DNA of 64,000 nucleotides from the human T2T-CHM13v2.0 reference genome, Homo sapiens. The stretch lies in the NCBI RefSeq assembly GCF_009914755.1, contig NC_060926.1. The stretch is one strand, 5' to 3'. The position numbers and the translations under genes were made by a program. A model generated the notes under the pieces. The model was given only the letters and a program-made list of their open reading frames with translations, did no database searches and was not told the origin of the DNA. Of this stretch, positions 29,213-45,869 are shown piece by piece (the stretch's first letter is position 1; every line of letters starts with the position of its first letter).

Positions 29213-32200
29213 CTACATTTTCATTCCACTCCATCTTGACATGTATTTTGATGTTTTAATTTACATATTTTAATAGTGTGTTTTTGTTAACTAATTATTG
29301 TAATGATAATTATTTTAAATATTTTTTTGAACTTTCATACTAAATATATAAGTGGTCTATACACCAGCATTACATTATTAGATTATTCTTAATTTGTACC
29401 TACTTTTGCAGTACTCACTTTTATCAGTCAGTTTTACACTTTCATATGTTTCATGTTACTGGCTTGAAGAACTCCCTTTATCCATTTTTGTAAGACAAGT
29501 CTAATGATAAGTTAACCCCTCAGCTTTTGTTTGTCTGGGAAAGTCTAACATTCCTTCATTTCTAAAACACAGATTTGCTGGGCACAATATTCTTAGCTGA
29601 TAGTTTTTTTCCTTCAACACCTAAGTAATTCATCCCACTGGCTCCTGGCCTGTAAGTGCTCTGCTGAGAAATATGTTGCTCGTTTTATTGGCCCTCCTTT
29701 ATATGTTATTCGATTCTTTTTTATTGCTGCTTTCAGGATTTTCTCTTTGTCTTTAATTTTTGACAGTTGGAGATCTTTGACCTTCCTGTACCTAGATATT
29801 TATATCTTTCCTCAAATTTTGAAAGTGTCTGCTATTGTGTTTAAAAGTAATCTTTCTACCCTCTTTTTTCTCATCTTCTATACTTTTATGATTTAAATAT
29901 GTGCTGCTTGATGCTGTTCAATAAATTCCATAAGGATCTTTTATTCTTTTTTTTAATTATTTCTCCTCTGACTGTATATTTTTAAATATTCTTTTTTGAG
30001 TTCACAGATTTTCTTTGTTGTGGTAAATTCTGCTGTTGATGTTCTCTAATGCATTGTTAATTTCATTCATTGTATTTTTCAGCTCTAGAATTTCCTTTAT
30101 TCTATATATTATTGATTCTTTGTTAAATGTATTATTTTGGGTCATTTATTGTCTTCCTCATTTTATTTACTCATTTTTCTGTGTTTTGTTAAAGTTCACT
30201 GAGCTTCCTTAAAACAATTATTTGGAATTCTTTCTCAAGCAGTTTTTATATCTCCATTTTCTTAGATCAGCTAGTGGGAGATTTTGTTCTTTTGGTGATG
30301 TTCTTCTATATCCTTGGTTTTTCATGGTTCTTATTGCCTTACGTTGATGTGTATGCATTAGAAGTAGTTTATTATTCCAGGTTCTTTGTCTGCGAAACCC
30401 TACTTCAGTCAGTCTGTCCAGAGATTCTGAGCAGGCCACCTGGCATGATTCAACAGTTGGCTTATTGCTGGAATCTAAAGTCGAGTTGTCCTGCTGCCTA
30501 GGTCAGGAGGTAGGTGGGCCTAGTACCTATGGCTTTCCTAAGCCTGTGTCCACAGGGGCTGCCTTGGCACTGGGGTGGGCCATGAGCCTGAGTCTTCAAG
30601 GGCTGGCTACCCACTAGGAAGGGTTTGGCATTTGGTTCCATTGGGATGAAAATGGAGCCTTAACTCCACAGGAATAGGTCTGGGTCCTGAGTCCATGAGG
30701 ACTGGCTTGGAACCTGGGTCTACAGGGGTGTTCTTGGGCCCTGAGTGTCCTCAGTGTCCATAGGGTGTGCCTTGGCACTGGAGTATACTATGGTGGGCCT
30801 TGGCCTTGGGTCCTCCGGAGTCCAGGGCATGTGGACTTGCCTGTAATCTTTATCTGCTGATGCTGGCCTAGAGGCTAGATGTATAGGTACTGGCCTAGAG
30901 GCTTGGTCTGTGAGAACTGGACTGGGTCCTGGGTCCTCAGTCAATAGCCTGGAACCTGGTTAAACAAAAGAAGTCTTGGGGCCTGTGTCCATGGTTACCT
31001 GTTTGATGTTTGAGGCCAGAAGTGCCAACTTGGCATTAGGGCAGACTGGAAGTCTAGGACCACAAGAACTGGCTTAGCAGTGAATGAACCTAGATTATAT
31101 CCACAGGAACTTGCCTGGAGGCTGAGTTTTCAAGTGATGACCTAATGACTAGGGCTGCAGGGGCCAGTGTGGCATTGGGTTTGGCCCAGCACATGGGTCC
31201 ACTAGGGTGATCCAGAGCCTGAGACTACTGGGATCAGCCTGGTGCTAAGAAAGGCCCAGAAAGAGTCCGCAAGGATAGCCTGATTTCTGCAACTATGGGA
31301 ACTTGCTTAGTGCCAGGGTGGACTTGGAGGCCCTGTAGGTGGGTACCAGCCTGGAATCTGATGCCACAGGCAGTGGCATGGCAATGGCTGGACCTGGATC
31401 CTGTGTCTGCAGGGGATTGCCTGGGAGTTGAGTTTGTAGGTATTGACCTGATAACTGGGGCTGCAGGAGTAGACTTTTAGCTGATGAAGGCCTAAAGCCT
31501 GGAGCAATGGCCAAGCTCAGTGCTGGCGCATTCAGGAGTCTTGGGCCTCTGGGGTTGGCCTAGGGTATGGGCAAATCAGAGCCTGAGGCTGCTGTGGGCC
31601 AGCCTTGTGCTGGATGAGGTCCAGAGCCTGGGGCTACTGAGGTCAGCACAGTGGTGGAGCAGACTGAAGATCAAGTCTGTTGCTCAGGCCTGGAGCCTAG
31701 GGCTATAGAATCTAACCTGGTGCTAGAGCAGATCTAGAGGCTTAGTCCACAGGTACTGTCCTGGAATCTGCGGCTCTGGGGCCCTGCCCAGCATTAGTTT
31801 TTTGGGGGGACAGGACTGGTGTTGGGATCTGAAGCAAAGTCCTATGTTCACATTCCTCTCCTTCCTCATGTGGAAAATATATCTCTCCATGCTTTCTTGC
31901 TTGGAGCTGGTGGAAGGGTGACATAGGTAATGTAATACTATCTTTCCTACATTCTTCAATGGGTATTTTCTTATTTCTGCACTATACACAGGTGCTACAA
32001 TCTCTTATCTGGTTTCCTTAGCTCTTATGAAGGTATTTTTGTGTGTGAATAGTTGTTTAAATTGATGTTTCTGCAGGAAATAAGCACTAGGGTGTCCTAT
32101 TTTCCATCATCTTGCTGACATTGACCCTCTTTCCTTCTGTACTCATTTTCAAGACAAAAAGCACAGTCCTAATGTCATGTATTTGTTATTTGTTGAGTGT

Positions 32201-33479
32201 CTGCTAATGCTGGGCTCTGATAAAAGCTCTGGAAATACAACAGTAAGGAAAACAGGTACAAATTCTTTCCCTCAGAGAGCTCACACTTGTCAGGGAAGGT
32301 TACTTGTATATACCCTACTAACAGTACTTTAGGAAAGAGGCCATATGCTATGATGAGGCTACTATGAATTGCGTCATGTTGGAAAATAATGTTTCTCCCT
32401 TCAAAGTTCTACTTTGGTGCTATTCATATTTTAGTATTGGGGGATAGATTGTCCTTGGGGTGTGGATAAACCATTATCTTCTCTATTTCACTTCGCTGTC
32501 TACAAAATTTATTATACTGCCAAGTTGCTGTGGTCACCCATTAAGATTTGTGATTTTATAACTTGAAGGTATATGCATACTGCTTCCCTAAAAGAAAGGA
32601 TTCAGCCTTTACTGTTTTTACATATATGTAAAAAGTGCTGAGTTAGAATGACCTGACTCGTTGCAGGAAGATTGTCCTTCTTTTTCACTTTGTGCCTTCA
32701 CTCTCAGTGACACAGTACAGAAACTGTGCTCATAGTTCAACCTAGAATGGCTTTACCAGATAGAGGGTGAACATTTTGGATTGTATATATAAGAACGGCT
32801 GTGCTCCTTTTTCATCTCACTCAAATGTATCTCTTACTTTCTGCAGTGGGATGGCTGTATTTAATATGTGCTTTAAAGTATCAGTCAGTACCTGTTTCAA
32901 TATTAGCCACAATGAAAGAGAGGGGTCATGGAACGTGTCAGCCTAACTAGGACTGATTTTGTCTACATACATGTTTTTAAATGTATGATCAGTAACAATA
33001 CATATGACTCCTTTCCCTTAAGATGCACATACAATATTGAAGTCTTTTTTACTCTGATAATGTTTTCTAGAACACAGCCTTGATTCCTTAATTGCACTTA
33101 ACATCAACTTGAAAGTCTGGCTCAAATGTTTGTAATTGTACTATCATTTGCAAACTTAACTTCAGCCATGCTATGTTTCCTTTAATAATTTAGAGGAGGA
33201 TAGAGATAGAGAGAAAGCAACAGAACACACAAATATATCAAAATGTTAACAATAATTTTATGTAAGTGAAAATCATATGAGTCTTTTATCATAGTTTTGT
33301 AACTTTTCTATAGTTATTAACATTTTTTTAAATGTGAAGTATAATTTTAATTTTTTTCTGAAAAATAAATTGTAATGAGAAATAAAGCAAAGAGATGGGG
33401 AAATACAGAATAAAAGAGACTAAGAAGCATAGAAGATGGTAATATATGGGCCTTAATGGAATTTTGTTTTGAACAACCT

Positions 33480-33830
33480 ATTTTTAAATATTAGAGAATT
33501 GGAGCTATTTGCACACACTGACTGGGATATTTGATGACAATAAAAAATGATTGTGGTTTCTCTACTGTTTTTGTTTCTTTGTTTTGGTCTGATATTGCTT
33601 TTGTGATTATGTTCTTTAAGTCATCCTGATTTAGAGAGATATACTGAAATATTTACAGATAAAGTGATATAAAGCTAGGAAGACATTTAAAAATTATTTG
33701 AGTAAGATGAAAGGGTATGAGATGGGATAGGATACAATAAATCAAGATTGATCCTGAGTTCATAGTTATTGAAGCTGAATAGTGGATACACAGGGATTAT
33801 TATACTCTTCTGTCTTTTTTATGTGCTTAA
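33480..33830 (+). mobile_element. L1ME-type 3'UTR fragment
   Basis: gactgggatatttgatgacaataaaaaatgattg...tttagagagatatactgaaatatttacagat...gttattgaagctgaatagtggatacacagggattattatactct. Confidence 0.65.
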
Positions 33831-33849
33831 AAGTTTAGAAATAATTAAA

Positions 33850-34040
33850 TGCTATGGACAAGAATATTTGGGTTTAAATATGGAGTGAACATTTGCTCAT
33901 TATATCCTGGAGCTACTTAACTTTCCTGTGCTTCATTATTTCCATCTGTAAAGTGAGGAAATGAAAAGAATCAGGATTAAATGAGTTAATACATCCAAAT
34001 TATTCATCAGTGACTGACCCTAAATAAGCACTAGCTAATA
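33850..34040 (+). mobile_element. MIR SINE
   Basis: gctacttaactttcctgtgcttcattatttccatctgtaaagtgagg...ggattaaatgagttaatacat. Confidence 0.7.
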
Positions 34041-34693
34041 GCTATAGTTACTTTTAAATTACTGTTTTTATTTTTAAAACTGGGCTGAAGCTAATATTTT
34101 TGAAGAATGCAATTTGACCAAGAAGTCTGTTCCGCTAAAAACCTCCCCACTTTTGTAGACTGGGTAAACAGAAACCAATTATTGCTTCTCTAGAGGAATA
34201 TCAAACTTATTAAAAAAAAAAACACCTTACAACATAATAAGAGCTAATCAAATATTTAGAGAGAGGAAGTAGCTTTATTGTAATTATAATGAATGGGGAA
34301 AATCAACTAGTTTACCATGAAATTTCTGTTGGTTTAAGATTGTCCAGAGAGCTAATTCAGCTTTAATCCCAAAATTATTTTCATTTCCTCTATTGATTAG
34401 AATGTTATCTCTGCCTCAAACGCTTTAGCCATGAAATCATATTACTTAATTTTTGTTTCCTTTAAATTGACTAATCCATAAAGTATTATTTTGAAGATTT
34501 TAGTGAAAATTCAATAAGCAATTTGGGTCTATATTACTTACTTTTACCTTTTTAAGCTAAGAGTTTTTAACATATTGGAAGAATCAATTAGTATAAGTAG
34601 GAATAATTGACAAATTTGCTGAGAAATGGTGCATTACTTATTGAAATTGATGGAATTATGCATAAAAAATTAAGTTATTTTGTGATTTATCAC

Positions 34694-35121
34694 TGTCTTA
34701 GTTCATTTGTGTTGTTCTAAAAGAATACTTGAGGCTGGGTAATTTATACAGAAAATAGGTTTATTTGACTCATGGTTCTGCAGGCTGTACAAGAAGTATG
34801 GTGCTGTCATCTGCATCTGATGAGGGCCTCAGGCTGCTTCCACTCATAATGGAAGGGGAAGGGGAGCTGGTGGGTGCAGAGATCACACGGTACAAGAGGA
34901 AGCAAGAGAGAGCTATAGGAAGATGCTAGGATCTTTTTAACAACCAACTCTCAAGAAAATTAATATAGTAAGAACTTACCTCAATCCTCCATGGAGGGTG
35001 TTAATCTATTGATGAAGGATCTGCCCTTATCACCCAAACACCTCCCATTAGGCCCCACCTCCAGCATTGAAAATCACACTTTAACATGAGGTTTAAAGGG
35101 AAAATTATCCAAACTGTAAGA
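34694..35121 (-). mobile_element. MSTB-type MaLR solo LTR
   Basis: tgtcttagttcatttgtgttg...catggttctgcaggctgtacaagaag...aggccccacctccagcatt; 5-bp TSD atcac/gtcac. Confidence 0.9.
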
Positions 35122-35528
35122 GTCACCTTTGTTGTGCAGTTGATACAACTAATAAAACATAACAATAGATTATTATCTTTAAAATGAGAAAGTAAGCTAT
35201 GTATTATGGCAAATGTATGCATTGATTACTACAAACTATGCCTCCCAAACCATGGTGAACTTTACTATATGTGATGTATGCATGAATATACAGTGCAATA
35301 ACATAAGCAAAGTATTAGTCATGTATTAAATTACTGGTGAACCACTTTTCAGTATTGTAGAAACAATTTAAACAAATTGCTTTAATTTCAGACTATAAGT
35401 CCTTTCTAGTTTGTGTATTTAAGGAGGATAAGTGCCATTGCCATATAGAGGACTACATTTTATTTAAAAATATCAGTGCTAAAAGTGTGTTTTATAATAG
35501 TAAGTAAGAGACTTGAATATATAGTTAG

Positions 35529-35835
<307 letters not shown>

Positions 35836-35931
35836 TAGTTATTCTGAATTTTAAAGGAGTTGTATATAAGATAATCTGGAAGTTAGAAACATATTTTACA
35901 GTGAGGTCTGAAGTTTAGGTCTTCTTCACAT

Positions 35932-36024
35932 CATGAATAATGTTTACACACGGAAACATTGTCCAATTTTCACTTATTCAGTGAAAGAATTGGACAGTGT
36001 TTCCGTGTGTAAACTTTATTCATG
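35932..36024. repeat. 93-nt near-perfect inverted repeat (hairpin)
   Basis: Left arm catgaataatgtttacacacggaaacattgtccaattttcact, loop tattc (35975-35979), right arm agtgaaagaattggacagtgtttccgtgtgtaaactttattcatg; two substitutions and a 2-nt indel. Confidence 0.95.
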
Positions 36025-36047
36025 TCTGGCAACATTGAATTGAACAC

Positions 36048-36173
36048 TGCATCTGGTGAGGGGCTCAGATTGCTTCCACTTATGGCAGAAGGAGAAGGGG
36101 AACCAACAGGTTCAGAGATCACATGTGGCGAGAGGGGGCAAGAAAGAGCTTCAAGGAGGTGCTAGGCTCTTTT
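36048..36173 (-). mobile_element. Isolated internal fragment of an MSTB-type LTR
   Basis: ctgcatctggtgaggggctcagattgcttccacttatggcagaagg...gaggtgctaggctctttt aligns by eye to 34811-34937; no LTR termini. Confidence 0.8.
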
Positions 36174-36988
36174 GCCATTATTTGTGACACTTACTTCATT
36201 GACATTTAAGTAAGCATGAAATAGCAAGTAATTTATCTTTAATGTAACTTAAAATCCACAGTCAAACATTTGGCCATTTTATGCATTGCAAACAAAAGCT
36301 AATGATGACTGGCTATATGTTCATCTTCTCAGGGGTTTGGTTATATCACTGTCTTTATTTACTGTGAGTATGATGAAAACAATCTGCTTGTGCAGTTTAA
36401 TCCTTTTCAGTTTAGGTAAATAACTGAAATAACCGCAGAAAAGGGTTTTCTTTTCCAATAAATAGAGATTATTTTAATGTTCATTCTAAATTGATATGGG
36501 TCAGGATAAAAAAAAATCAGTCCAGTTAAATGCCTAGATGGAATGAATAATAAGTTACTATATAGATAATTGAAACAAACAAAATACAAAACTTGTATAT
36601 TTGTGCACAAATATAGACCTTTTCAAACAGAACACATTTTACATGTTCAGAATAGAAAAATTTTATGTTAGCTGAGTCATTGCCAGGAATCCACAGTTGA
36701 ATCAAGATAGCTATGTGATTTTCAGTTTTTATGCTAACCTAGCATAGGAACTTGTTCAATCAAGGACTTCTATTTATTTCTATCATTTGCATTTCTCCTC
36801 CACATTTGTGCTATTTTTCTGTTATTTATCTTGGCTTCTTCTGTTAGTCTTTTAATTTTTAAGTTATAATTTATTCTAACTTGGTTTTCTAGTATTTGCT
36901 TTCTTTTTCTCTTTGCTGTATTCTGTTTCTAACTCTAATTATTGTACTATAGTTGACAACTGCTAAAACAAAGTAAACACAGGGGAGA

Positions 36989-37249
<261 letters not shown>

Positions 37250-39361
37250 TGATATTCTTATTTAATTTAATTTGCTGTACAGTTTTGAAATATATCATTC
37301 TGGGATGATAATTTGATGACTTACAGCAAAATCCTTTTTTTTTTTTTTTTAAAAAAAGGCACCAATAGCAAAGTCTGAAATAATCAACATAAAGAAATAC
37401 CATTCAATTGCCTTTTAATGAGTAAAAGTGTTTCGAAAACAATATTCTACAAGTGATGATCCTCTTATTGTCCTCAAATGTATTGTTTTAAATATTTAAA
37501 TCAATAATTTATGCATTATGTTATATATTTATTACATGTTATTTATAAATATAATATATACATATATTTATCAAAGTTAAATAAAATTTAACATAGTTTT
37601 CCATAGAAAGCATTTTGGATTTAAGCTACTATGAAAACATGTGAAAAAAAGATTGAGTGTACTACAAATGGTCCTAGGTTATTGATTGAGTACTTAATAT
37701 ATCTATGATTTTGTTCATTTTAATATTTTCATTTTATTGTCAATTATAAATCCCAGATTAATTATTACTATCAATTATAAATCCTAGATTTTTCAACACT
37801 CTATGTAAATGAGTTTTAAATAGTAGTGTGATAAATGTAATTAATACAAATTCCACTTTCTAATATGCCTTATATTTACCAATGCAACTTCATTCATTGT
37901 TTAGCTAACTTGATACAATACACAGTATTAGCATTAATTTATAAACATTTTCTATTTTAGCTATCACCCTCAAATACCATGCCGAGTACTCATTTTGATA
38001 TGAATTTAAAGGTACATTTTTAAGCAGTTGAACCTGCCCTAACTTTCTGTTATATCAGAGTTATTTATTGTAAGAAAGAAAAAGTAGGGAAAGTGATCAT
38101 GTTAAACGATAATGAACCAATTGTGTGTACTTCCTTTGCTGTCAATCCTGCAGTCGTTCATACCAACTACACTGTGCTTGGAGAGGATGGTGTAGGGAAG
38201 AATTTACCCTTCAATTACATACTTCACCGATTAATGCATACTTAGCTTAATGATCTGTCCTTGCCTTTCTTTCCCCTGGTAGTAGATCTGTTGGCCCACT
38301 GGTTAAGGGAAAGGTTTTGATGGAAATATTCCTTTTCTTACATAAAAATACATACATAAGTATATCATTGCTTGATTTGAACATTAACATTCATTAGGAA
38401 ATGGTATTATTTTGTGATAATGTTACTGACGTTTGTTTTATCAAATAATTCTGGAATGCTGTTTTGAAAGAGTTGAAGTCTGAGAAAGTCATTCCTCTGA
38501 TTTTTCCTATGTATCTAAAAGCCTGAGTATATTACTACACATATGTCTCATTGTGTAAAGTAGGTATTTGGAAATGCATGTGTGTTATAAGAATATCTAT
38601 TATCATTTGCAAAAGAATGCTTCATTTAGCCATATGGCTGTCTTGAAGATAAAACTTACTAAAGTTAGCCCAAGGGCATTTTCAGTTTCTTATTCTTAGT
38701 GAACTTAGTATACTATATATTCTATACAGAGAAGTTAAAGGGAATTTGGGTTGGATCTGGCTTGCAATTTTGGTATTCTAGAGGCCCACCTTTGACAATG
38801 CTCAGAGTGATCAAATCCTAAAAACAGCTACTCAATCAAAATACTCATAAACTCTGGTAGACAGCACAGTCCTAATTGATTAATTCAATGTGATATGATG
38901 TTCCAGAAGCTAAAAATATTAAAATCTATAGAATCTTTTATGCCTTCCCCGTAAGATAATAGTGCGTCTTTGAGCGTGTCTTCCTAGAGAATGCTCTCCT
39001 TTTTCTGAAAAAATAACGTCATCGCTATGACCATCAATATATACTTCTACCACATGACTCTAACACATTGTTCACTTTGAATGAAGTAGAGGGGGAAACA
39101 GATTGGATATAGACAATTCAGATGTTTCTCTCTTGAGAACTTGAAATTGGGATGTGATTAAAAAGAAAAAAATGCCTAATGTCTGATAATGGCTGTACTT
39201 GACACTTAAAAATGTAGGGATTGTTCAGTGGTGAAGTTGATTAAAAAGCTGAGAAAGCTGGTTTGCATAAAGAGAGAACAAAACAAACTTAAAAGAGAAT
39301 GAGATACAAGTGACCCTGTGACAATTGAGAGTATGGAAATAGCAATTTTGATTCCTAATGA

Positions 39362-39920
39362 CCTTCAGATTCCTAAAAGCTGTCTTTCCTACAACTTTTA
39401 TGCAGATCCTGTCCTTGAGTTTTGAGAGACATTTCAGCTTGCTGCTAATAAACATACTTAAGACAAAGCAAATGAGCAAATAAAACTAAAACTCCAGCCT
39501 AATGCTTGTTAATACCTGCAACCAAAAAAAACTCTTCATAAAATATTAAGCTCTCTGAAGATCAAAGCAATCTTTTTGGTTTCCCATAGAAAATACCTTT
39601 ACAAGAAACAGGTACAGGTTGAGTATATCTAATCTGGAAAGCTGAAATCCAAAATGCTCTAAAGTTTGAAACTCTTCGTGCGCTGAAATGCATGATGTTC
39701 AAAGGAAGTGCTCATTTGGACATTTCGGATTTTGGATTTTCGGATGTGGGATGCTCAGCTGGGTACCTATAATGCAGATATCCCAAAATCTGAAAAAAAA
39801 ATTTCTGAAATCCAAAATACTGGTTCCAGCATTTCAGATAAGGGACACTCAACCCATATACTCAAAATCCATTTGGCCTTCAAATTCCTAAAAGCAGTCT
39901 TTCCTACAACTTGTATGCAG
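39362..39920 (+). repeat. 44-bp direct repeat pair (39362-39405 and 39877-39920)
   Basis: ccttcagattcctaaaagctgtctttcctacaacttttatgcag vs ccttcaaattcctaaaagcagtctttcctacaacttgtatgcag, 41/44 identical. Confidence 0.92.
39615..39856 (+). mobile_element. Tigger4a (MER46A) MITE
   Basis: ta-caggttgagtatatctaatc...catttcagataagggacactcaaccca-ta; same termini as the Tigger4 at 24795. Confidence 0.9.
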
Positions 39921-40069
39921 TAAGTCACTTAAGCACTTAAGTGTCATATGGGTACTTACATGGAATTAGAGCACTTCCTGAATGGAATTAGAAAAAGGCA
40001 AATTGTGCATACTACTGATGCATTCATTTCCTACAGAGATATGATACCAAGGGCCAATAAGTGAATAGA

Positions 40070-40265
40070 AAAAGGGAGGAGGATTTATTAATGGAATGAG
40101 TTCTAACCCTGTCTCTTACCAGCCATATGACTTTGGGTTAAATAATCAAACGCCCAATGAGCTCAACTGTCTATTATTAGGGAAATTAAATGAGAGAATG
40201 CACATTAATATGCATTGCAGAGTACATGGAAAATAGTAAAAGCTTAATATTTAATACGTTCTTAT
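40070..40265 (+). mobile_element. MIR SINE
   Basis: gagttctaaccctgtctcttaccagccatatgactttggg...aattaaatgagagaatgcac...tacatggaaaatagtaaaagcttaata. Confidence 0.65.
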
Positions 40266-40767
40266 TATTATTACTTACTAAATTTTTTTTCTCCTAGAAT
40301 ATTTGGGACACTGACAGTTTGCCTTTGAGACCATTCTTTATTTAGGCCTCCCAATGAGGATCTGTTTTCACTTCATGTAGGCTAATAGAGTCTTTAAAAC
40401 ACATCCAGGTAATCTGGACCTAAGAGCTGTTGTGAATGCCTCATATATCTTTGCAAATCTGTTATGACAGAATATGTGTTGCTTTGAACTCTAAACTTCA
40501 AAGGAAATTCGGTTTCCTTTCATCCACATTCTCTTTGCATAACTTTAAAATCTCTCTCACTTATCACTAAGACTTGCTAACAGAGGGTTAAAAAGAAAGA
40601 AGAAATACAGGGGTACAGATATGATTACAATAGCTCACAAATTACAGTATCTTTGTTTGAATTTTTTTTTAACTTTGTAACTCAAAAGATGTTCGATTGT
40701 AACAATTTTAGGGCAGGGACTCTTTCTTACATGCCCTTATCTTCCCGGTGTCTAGTGAAGTGTCTTG

Positions 40768-41358
40768 CACAATTTAGACACAATTAATGCTGCTATATAA
40801 ATAAATGTAAAAAGGCTAGAATCAAAATTCATTTTGAGATTTTATATTTTATATTCTCCAGAGTAAAGCAAAGTGCAATGCTTTCATTTTTAAGGTTACA
40901 GATATATGTGATTAATCTTTCTTTGGAAAATGGAAAATGATGAATATGACACTCAGGATAGTGGTTACTTCAAGGGGTGATGTAGGGTGATGGGATACCA
41001 TAGGAGACGTAAGTATGTGAAATATGTTCTAATTCTTAAACTAGATAGTGGTATCAGAGATATTCAACTTAGTTTATAATGCTTTATATGATTGCATAGA
41101 TCAAATACTACATAATAATTCATTAAAGGAGGAAATATCATGAAAAAATCCAATATTTTGATCTCATACTCTCTGAAACTCTGCTAACTCAAATATATAG
41201 AAACTGGAGAATTATAATTAGTGCTATTGTTAACTCTTCCATGTGCCATTCAAGTCGTTCACTGTTTCTTAAAAAAATACACAATTTAGACACCCAATTA
41301 ATGCTGCTCATATATATAAGTGTAAAAAGGCTAGTGTCAAAATTCATTTTGAGATTTT
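40768..41358 (+). repeat. ~77-bp direct repeats (40768-40843, 41280-41358) bracketing a ~430-bp copy of 44775-45244
   Basis: Both repeats read cacaatttagaca...aattaatgctgct...tgtaaaaaggctag..tcaaaattcattttgagatttt; the interior shares long blocks such as actcaggatagtggttacttcaag and tgatgggataccataggagacgtaa with 44775-45244. Confidence 0.92.
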
Positions 41359-41699
41359 GTAATAAGTCAAAATTTTGTGGTAGGTAAGAGCTTCAAAAAA
41401 CAAAATGATCTATTTATGGATTTAAACTTAGATAAAACTATTTGTAAGGAGAATATTACATATGAGGATGGTGTGACTGTTACAAGATGAATGAGTTATT
41501 CGAACATTCATAAATGTCCATCCTTCATAAGAGTAATGCTACTGATGATAATAATAGCAACAATTTACATATAATATATGCACTCTATAAAATTCTTCAC
41601 ATGCATAAAACCATTTAATGTTGATATAGTTTGGATTTACATTGTTTTTCCATGTGAGAACATGATTTAAGAGCAAATAACACTTTCAGAAATGCCTTA

Positions 41700-45050
<3,351 letters not shown>

Positions 45051-45639
45051 TCATTAAGCCAGGAAATATCATAATAAAGCAAATATTATGATATCAAATT
45101 TTCTGCAACTGCCCTATTACAGATATAGAAGCTGTCTTAATTTCAGGGAAATACTGACTCAGTAGTAAGTGGAGAATTATAATTGATGCTATTGTTAACT
45201 CTTCCTTGTGCCATTCAAGTCTTTCACCATTTCCTAAAAAAAATTAAAATATCTCCCCTGTTCAGTAATTATCAGAATAATCTTGTTTCAAATTTCATTT
45301 TGTTAAACTTTAATCAATATTAAAATAAAATTTTCTATGAAAAATCAAAAGGCAGTGGCATATTTCCATGTCTCTTTCTCTTTTATCATCTGCCCATACC
45401 AGCCTCTTTTTATTAATGTAAACAGTGCTCAGATTTCTGTCACACTTATGTTCTTATAGCATGTTTTATTCAAAAGTCCACAGAAGCACAGGATTTTATT
45501 AATGCACATAAAATTTGATTTTATGCAGATAAATGTTAAATGCAAATCATTATCTTAAGCTACATTTGCACTAATAGTTAAATTATTATTGTAAAAACAT
45601 AGGAAATAGCTTTACATAACAGGAAATACAGTATTTTAA

Positions 45640-45741
45640 GGATAACTATACATCTCAATATTCTAGGATGGTCTCACTTTCTACCACTGTCCTGATTTAA
45701 TTATGAAAAGTCCCTATTTGGATAATAAATAATATGATCAC
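45640..45741. mobile_element. MER94-like hAT MITE remnant
   Basis: ggataactatacat...ggatggtctcac...tttggataataaataatatgatcac resembles MER94 termini. Confidence 0.45.
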
Positions 45742-45869
45742 AATATGTATGTTTGTGGAAAAGCAGCAATGTTTTTGGATACTTTTTAAAAAGATGGAAG
45801 TCTAAAGGCAATGGCCTAGTTAATGTGACTCTTCATGCTAGTATAATGTAAAGTTAAGAGCTATGTGTT

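Noticed and set aside
30218-31989. Cluster of short ORFs and high GC suggesting a promoter or CpG island
   Set aside because: CpG-depleted and embedded in the L1MA 5'UTR; ORFs follow from GC-rich degenerate repeats.
45134-45170. GT...AG-like segment missing from the duplicate at 40847-41278, suggesting a spliced RNA intermediate
   Set aside because: About 36 nt is too short for a spliceosomal intron and exact GT-AG removal leaves an extra base; better explained by a microhomology (tg) deletion.
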